Positions 58,932-64,000 of a stretch of DNA of 64,000 bases are shown here, one piece after another. Made by a program: the position numbers and the translations under genes. The stretch lies in sequence record KM092515. One strand, written 5' to 3'. Origin of the DNA: Escherichia phage HY02. Position 1 is the stretch's first letter, and every line of letters begins with the position of its first letter. Below the pieces are notes generated by a model that was given only the letters and a program-made list of their open reading frames with translations, was not told the origin of the DNA and made no database searches.

Positions 58932-59417
58932 ATGAATTACATGGAGATTAGGCCATTTGACACAGCTAATGGCGAAGGGGTTCGTGTAAGCCTCTTCGTA
59001 GCTGGTTGTAAGCATCACTGCGAAGGCTGCTTTAACAGGGAGTCTTGGAAGTTTAATGCTGGTAAAGAGTTTACTTATGCAAACCTCTACGGTATCATTA
59101 AGTTAATGGATGATGAGGCCATCAGTGGGTTGTCAATACTCGGTGGAGAGCCTCTGGAGGATAGAAATATTCAAGAGGTTACCAACATATGCAAGCGTAT
59201 TAAAACTGTTTATCCAGAAAAGTCTATATGGCTTTGGACAGGTTTTCAACTGCACGAAAAAATTCACCTTGATGTGATGAAATATGTTGACGTGGTGATT
59301 GATGGTAAGTATGATTCATCTAAACCAACAGTTAAACCATATCGTGGTTCAGACAACCAAAACCTCTGGAGAAAAGAGTACGGATGGCAAGGTGATTGTC
59401 AGTGGAGAGCAGAGTGA
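58932..59417 (+). CDS. nrdG: anaerobic ribonucleotide reductase activating protein (radical SAM)
   Basis: 161 aa with the Cys cluster GCKHHCEGCFN and a glycine-rich SAM-binding segment; near nrdD. Confidence 0.75.
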   Translation: MNYMEIRPFDTANGEGVRVSLFVAGCKHHCEGCFNRESWKFNAGKEFTYANLYGIIKLMDDEAISGLSILGGEPLEDRNIQEVTNICKRIKTVYPEKSIWLWTGFQLHEKIHLDVMKYVDVVIDGKYDSSKPTVKPYRGSDNQNLWRKEYGWQGDCQWRAE

Positions 59418-59512
59418 TTATTCTGGCAAATGGACTAAGGTATAACTCCAATTGGTATCACTGAAGAAGAACTCCATAAGTTCTGTATTAAACTTTAATG
59501 AGAGAGACTAAA

Positions 59513-59779
59513 ATGGGAATTTTAGGTAATATGAAGGCTGGCTTCTTGAAGGCACTGGCAAAAGCAGCAGCAATCATTTCTATGACTGGAAAGCAGGTTG
59601 GTGTAGATGCTTCAGCAGTTGCACAAGTTCTTACAAGCCAAATTAAACAGCAACCTTACATCTATGTAGGCCGTGGCAAAGGTGGTAAGAAACAAGCCCA
59701 CCGTCCGTCTGGTGCAGCAGCTATTAAACGAGCAGCTAAGAAAGCTCGTAACCGTAAACGTAATAAGAAGGCTAAATAA
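59513..59779 (+). CDS. small highly basic protein
   Basis: Start moved to the ATG with a GAGAGAG RBS; Lys/Arg/Ala-rich C-terminus (KRAAKKARNRKRNKKAK). Confidence 0.5.
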   Translation: MGILGNMKAGFLKALAKAAAIISMTGKQVGVDASAVAQVLTSQIKQQPYIYVGRGKGGKKQAHRPSGAAAIKRAAKKARNRKRNKKAK

Positions 59780-59905
59780 TCATGAGCAAAGTTTATAACA
59801 CTGATAACTTTGTAAAAGTTACTGGAAAAGCAAAAGAGCTTATGGATGAGAGTGAGATTTCATTCACAAGCCTCTTGAAAGTAGCTCAGTAAACAGATAC
59901 TATAG

Positions 59906-59930
59906 GGGAACTGTAAAGGTTCCCTTTTTA
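59906..59930 (+). terminator. rho-independent terminator
   Basis: GGGAAC-TGTAAAG-GTTCCC hairpin followed by TTTTT. Confidence 0.7.
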
Positions 59931-59943
59931 TTTTGGAGGTAAA

Positions 59944-60459
59944 ATGTATCTGTCAAATCTGAAACGTTCGGTTGCAATGTCAGTTCTAAGACTCAGCTTT
60001 GATGAGCGTCAAGAATTTATAGACTCCCACAAATATAACCCTTCAAATTCTAATCACATGGTTCTTTGGAATCGTGATAACTTCCGTGAAAGAGCACTTG
60101 TCCGTTATTACCCACACTACACAATAGATAACCTGTATGAATGGTGTGTTGTGAAGAACACCATTGCAACACTGAACAATCTTTGCAGGTATACGGGTAA
60201 GCAAACATTTACACTAGGCCACCACAAACCTGTTACAAAAGGTGGTGAACATCACTGTGCGAACTGGTTTATCCAAACTAAAGCTGATAACCAGAAGCAA
60301 GGAGATAGCCTCCTAAGTATTCCTAAGATGACCTATGAAGAGCAAGAGAGGTATATCAAAAATAATATGCCAGATGTGCTTGACAACAACTATACAGATT
60401 TGGCAATATCTCTCCTGTTGAAGTTCGAGACAGTTTATAGGGCAACTTATAATGGCTAA
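59944..60459 (+). CDS. putative HNH-family nuclease
   Basis: GHHKPVTKGGEHHCANWFIQTKADNQKQGD resembles an HNH core; 171 aa. Confidence 0.45.
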   Translation: MYLSNLKRSVAMSVLRLSFDERQEFIDSHKYNPSNSNHMVLWNRDNFRERALVRYYPHYTIDNLYEWCVVKNTIATLNNLCRYTGKQTFTLGHHKPVTKGGEHHCANWFIQTKADNQKQGDSLLSIPKMTYEEQERYIKNNMPDVLDNNYTDLAISLLLKFETVYRATYNG

Positions 60460-60730
60460 AGAAAAGTGGGAGATTTTACCATTAGTCAGTGAAGGAGGTA
60501 ATGGTTGTGAAATGTACATGATACGTGGTCATGTTCCAGAGCCAATTGCACTTGAGATGGTAAACAACTTTACAGATGGTTCTTACAAAGACTTAGGCGA
60601 ACCAACTGTCAAGCAACAATGGGTTAAACCTGTACCAGACAGCACAGGTAACTGTAGTGTACTTTATCACGTTGTAGACCCTGCAAAATGCAAATCTGCA
60701 ATGGCAGTAACAAACGTAACTTTTGATTGA
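60452..60730 (+). CDS. hypothetical protein
   Basis: 92-aa ORF. Confidence 0.45.
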   Translation: MAKEKWEILPLVSEGGNGCEMYMIRGHVPEPIALEMVNNFTDGSYKDLGEPTVKQQWVKPVPDSTGNCSVLYHVVDPAKCKSAMAVTNVTFD

Positions 60731-60741
60731 GAGAGAAAACT

Positions 60742-61623
60742 ATGAAAACATCTATCCGTGTTACAGTTCATTCACCAACTAAAGGAACTCATGAAGAAGA
60801 GTTTAACATCATCCAATTTCCTTCTGGTGAGATTGGTGGACACTTTTCGCCAGAGTTTGTTGATTTCACTGCTTATGCAGCATCATCCATCAACAATGTG
60901 GTTATGATTGTAAAAGGTTATGATAAGGATACATTGTTTGCTGTGGCACTTGCTAAAGAAGCAATTGATGATTTAATTCCTCATGATTATGCTTTAAAGA
61001 CTGTCATCTTTTACTACTTACCAAATGCACGTTATGACCGTCACATGTTTAAAGGTGACGCAGCAGCTTTAAAGGTTTTTGCTAAACAAATTAATGCAAT
61101 GGGGTTTGGCGCAGTCTGTGCAGTTGACCCTCACAGCTATGTACCAGATAATCTGTTTAACTGCTTCCAGAGTATTCCTCAAAAGGAAATTGCAGTCCAC
61201 TATGCAAATGACCCACTGATTGATTACTTAGTAGCCCCAGATGCAGGTGCTGCTAAGAAGATTGCAGAGACTGCTAAAGAGGTGGATAAACCATACATCA
61301 CAATGTCTAAAGTGCGTAACCTTAAGACTGGTGAAATTACTGGTATGCGAATCCTTGATGATGTTGATTTGACAGATAAAACCGTCATGATTCTGGATGA
61401 TATCTGTGATGGTGGTCGAACCTTCATAGAAGCAGCGAAACATCTTCGTGAAGCAGGTGCAAAACGTGTGGAACTTTATGTAACACATGGTATCTTCTCT
61501 AAAGATGTTGAAAACCTTCTTGACAATGGTATCGACCATATTTACACTACAAACTCTTTAGGCGAAGCTAAAGACCGTGGCTTAACACATTACAGTCAAG
61601 TTACTGTAGCAAACCTTGATTGA
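60742..61623 (+). CDS. ribose-phosphate pyrophosphokinase family protein (PRPP synthetase-like; candidate ADPR-pyrophosphate synthetase of a NARP1-type module)
   Basis: PRTase-type binding loop VMILDDICDGGRTF and overall Prs-like length; start moved to the ATG with a GAGAGAG RBS; directly upstream of the NAMPT-family gene. Confidence 0.7.
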   Translation: MKTSIRVTVHSPTKGTHEEEFNIIQFPSGEIGGHFSPEFVDFTAYAASSINNVVMIVKGYDKDTLFAVALAKEAIDDLIPHDYALKTVIFYYLPNARYDRHMFKGDAAALKVFAKQINAMGFGAVCAVDPHSYVPDNLFNCFQSIPQKEIAVHYANDPLIDYLVAPDAGAAKKIAETAKEVDKPYITMSKVRNLKTGEITGMRILDDVDLTDKTVMILDDICDGGRTFIEAAKHLREAGAKRVELYVTHGIFSKDVENLLDNGIDHIYTTNSLGEAKDRGLTHYSQVTVANLD

Positions 61624-61632
61624 AAGTTTATA

Positions 61633-61653
61633 GGGGCTTAAAAGCCCCATTTT
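61633..61653 (+). terminator. rho-independent terminator or attenuating hairpin
   Basis: GGGGCT-TAAA-AGCCCC hairpin followed by ATTTT. Confidence 0.55.
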
Positions 61654-61668
61654 GAGAGAGATTAAAAG

Positions 61669-63450
61669 ATGACTAAATCACTTTATGCAGTACCAGCAGG
61701 TTTAAACGCAGATGCTTACAAATCTGGTCATGTTTACCAGTATCCTAGTGCAACAGAATACTTGATGTTCAACCTGACACCACGTAGTGACAAATGGTTT
61801 AACAGCCCTTTGGCAATTGACGGTGTAGTAGCTTTTGGTATTCAACGTTTCGTTAAAGATTACTTGATAGACCACTGGAATGCCACCTTCTTTGAACGTG
61901 ACAAAAAAGAAGCAATTGACGAAATCTTAGAAGTCATGAACGGTGTTCTGGGCAAAGATGCTATCGGTCGAGAGCATTGGGAAGCACTTCACGACTTAGG
62001 TTATCTACCAGTTGAAGTATACGCTGTAGAAGAAGGTACAGTTGTCCCTATGCGTGTCCCAATGATTGTCTTCCAGAACACTGTTTCAGGTTTCCATTGG
62101 GTAGCGGGGTATCTGGAAGATGCTTTCTCTGCTGAGATTTGGAAGGCTTGTACCATTGCAACTATTGCATTGCATTATAAACGCATCTGTAAGAAGTGGG
62201 CTGACCTTACTTGCGACAATGACTTACATTTACCTTATCAGTGCCATGACTTTGCTATGCGTGGTATGTCCGGCTTTACCGATGACGCATTTAATGCTGT
62301 AGGTCACTTAACCAGCTTTAAAGGAACTGATAGTTTCCCTGCTGTATACACGGCTAAACGCATCTATGGACAGTCTTACCCAATTTCTGATATTGGTAGT
62401 TCTGTACCAGCCACTGAGCACTCTGTAATGTGTGCAAACATTGCTTGGGAAGGTGGTAATGAGTTGATTGAAGAAGAAAGACGCTTTAAAGGTGAGTTAC
62501 AAACCTTCCGTCGTTTCTTAACAGAAACTTACCCAACTGGTATTGCAAGTGTTGTTTCAGACACTTATAACTTCTGGAGAACTGTGTCAGAAATTTTACC
62601 AGCACTTCGTAAAGAAATTATGGAACGTGATGGCAAACTGGTAATTCGTCCTGACTCTGGAGACCCTGTACATATTGTCACAGGTTATAAAGCAATCCAC
62701 TTAGAATGTGCTAAGAAGGCTTATTACGAGCACCTAAGCAATCTGGAAGCCAGTGACACAATGTTGAATGCTGTTCTGAACATGAAGCTTGAAAACATCA
62801 ACTATGGTATTGCTGGATGGCTACTGTCAGAAGGCTACGAAATGGTTGTTGACAGAGAAGACTTTGAAGTTGCTGATACAGTGATGTTGAAAAATGCTTA
62901 TATGGTTGGTTCTGCAAACGTTGTAACACGTCCTGTAGCTGAGATTGATGGAGCTATTAAGACACTGTACAACATTTTTGGGGGAACTATTAACTCTAAA
63001 GGGTTTAAGGTACTGGATGAGCATATCGGACTTATCTATGGTGACTCTATCACGCTGGAACGTGCAAACGAAATCCTGAAGCGTCTGTATGAAATGGGTT
63101 TTGCAAGCTCTAACGTAGTGTTTGGTGTAGGCTCTTACACTTACCAGTACATGACTCGTGACACCTTTGCATTTGCTGTCAAAGCAACTCTTGCAAGCAT
63201 TGGTGGTAAAGAGATTATGCTTGCAAAAGACCCTAAAACAGATAGTGGTATTAAGAAGTCTGCTTTTGGTGGTGTAGCCCCTATGTGGGATGGTGAGAAT
63301 CTGAAAGCTGTAGATGGCTATGGATTCCAGAGTTTTGCAGATGCACTTGAGCATCCAGCTTGTGCTTTACGTTTAGTCTTTAGCGACTCCGAGCAGTTCG
63401 GCTACACAACTCTTGGCGATATTCGAAATAATATTGACAAGCATCTTTAA
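61669..63450 (+). CDS. nicotinamide phosphoribosyltransferase family protein (NAMPT/NadV-like; candidate Namat of a NARP1-type module)
   Basis: 593 aa with segments typical of the NAMPT family; family recalled from memory, not searched. Confidence 0.7.
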   Translation: MTKSLYAVPAGLNADAYKSGHVYQYPSATEYLMFNLTPRSDKWFNSPLAIDGVVAFGIQRFVKDYLIDHWNATFFERDKKEAIDEILEVMNGVLGKDAIGREHWEALHDLGYLPVEVYAVEEGTVVPMRVPMIVFQNTVSGFHWVAGYLEDAFSAEIWKACTIATIALHYKRICKKWADLTCDNDLHLPYQCHDFAMRGMSGFTDDAFNAVGHLTSFKGTDSFPAVYTAKRIYGQSYPISDIGSSVPATEHSVMCANIAWEGGNELIEEERRFKGELQTFRRFLTETYPTGIASVVSDTYNFWRTVSEILPALRKEIMERDGKLVIRPDSGDPVHIVTGYKAIHLECAKKAYYEHLSNLEASDTMLNAVLNMKLENINYGIAGWLLSEGYEMVVDREDFEVADTVMLKNAYMVGSANVVTRPVAEIDGAIKTLYNIFGGTINSKGFKVLDEHIGLIYGDSITLERANEILKRLYEMGFASSNVVFGVGSYTYQYMTRDTFAFAVKATLASIGGKEIMLAKDPKTDSGIKKSAFGGVAPMWDGENLKAVDGYGFQSFADALEHPACALRLVFSDSEQFGYTTLGDIRNNIDKHL

Positions 63451-63464
63451 AAGTATATGATAAT

Positions 63465-63487
63465 AGGCTCCTACGGGAGCCTTTTTA
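63465..63487 (+). terminator. rho-independent terminator
   Basis: AGGCTCC-TACG-GGAGCCT hairpin followed by TTTTT. Confidence 0.7.
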
Positions 63488-63503
63488 ATTTCTGGAGAAA
63501 ATT

Positions 63504-63839
63504 ATGAAAATCAAAGAGATGAACATCAACATTGTCTTAGAAGAGCGTTGGGAGAACATCAAGAAGCCTGAAAATGGTCATAAGTTCCTCAACAAAATCT
63601 TAGTAGCAGCTAAAGAAGAACTGACTGGGAAGATTGCAGCAGCAATCACAATAAAGGTGTGTGTAAAAGGTCTTCCAGACAATCACCAATTTGCACTTGA
63701 CGAGTTTAAAGAAAGCTTCTACAATCCAAACAAACAGATGCTTGAAAGTAACTTTGCAGTATCTACAAGTATCGTCCATGACAGAAGCTTTATCCTTTAC
63801 AAAAACATGAGAGGTGAGTCATGCAAGCATATTGGGTAG
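63504..63839 (+). CDS. hypothetical protein
   Basis: 111-aa ORF with GGAGAAA RBS. Confidence 0.5.
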   Translation: MKIKEMNINIVLEERWENIKKPENGHKFLNKILVAAKEELTGKIAAAITIKVCVKGLPDNHQFALDEFKESFYNPNKQMLESNFAVSTSIVHDRSFILYKNMRGESCKHIG

Positions 63840-63997
63840 AAATTTTACTGTCACTTGGTAGTGTAGCAGTCCTTGTTTACCTTCTTTGTAAGTACTTTGC
63901 AGAACACAAGAAGTGTGACTACTGTAACGGAGAAGGGTATACAAGAGCAGGTTGTTGCCCTATGTGTGGTGGTTCTGGTAAAATGTTTAATAAGTAA
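63821..63997 (+). CDS. small membrane protein with C-terminal Cys-rich zinc-ribbon-like motif (58 aa), not in the ORF track
   Basis: ATG at 63821 with a GAGAGGTGAG RBS, open to TAA at 63995-63997; hydrophobic N-terminus then CDYCNGEGYTRAGCCPMCGG. Confidence 0.4.
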   Translation: MQAYWVEILLSLGSVAVLVYLLCKYFAEHKKCDYCNGEGYTRAGCCPMCGGSGKMFNK

Positions 63998-64000
63998 TTT

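Overview
This window reads as a contiguous segment of a large virulent tailed dsDNA phage genome, AT-rich by eye (not computed), with no cellular housekeeping genes. Layout: (1) a short minus-strand early block (1-805) and two plus-strand early genes behind sigma70-like promoters, one a vWA/MIDAS protein with Ro60-like architecture (1508-2923); (2) an array of 26 tRNA genes (3090-7913), folded by hand, interspersed with conserved stem-bracketed small-RNA candidates, one of which encloses a circularly permuted tRNA-like module (T-arm, acceptor 3' strand, acceptor 5' strand, D-arm); (3) a plus-strand morphogenesis module (8136-31402): large terminase, portal, S49-type prohead protease/scaffold, lambda gpE-like capsid, putative sheath and tube, chaperone pair with a -1 frameshift site, tape measure, baseplate and two His-repeat tail fibres; (4) a minus-strand block (32083-42060) with thymidylate synthase, DHFR, ATP-dependent DNA ligase, an HNH-AP2 homing endonuclease and a family A DNA polymerase; (5) a plus-strand replication/nucleotide block (42317-63997) with dNMP kinase, primase-helicase, SSB-like protein, FEN/RNase H-like nuclease, HNH-AP2 and GIY-YIG endonucleases, aerobic and anaerobic ribonucleotide reductases, and an adjacent PRPP-synthetase-like plus NAMPT-like pair that is a candidate NAD+ reconstitution (NARP1-type) anti-defence module. 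The leading candidate for an undescribed system is the Ro60-like gene together with the stem-bracketed RNA family. All calls rest on ORF translations, motif reading and manual folding; no database search was run, and tRNA isotypes and boundaries need tRNAscan-SE/ARAGORN confirmation.
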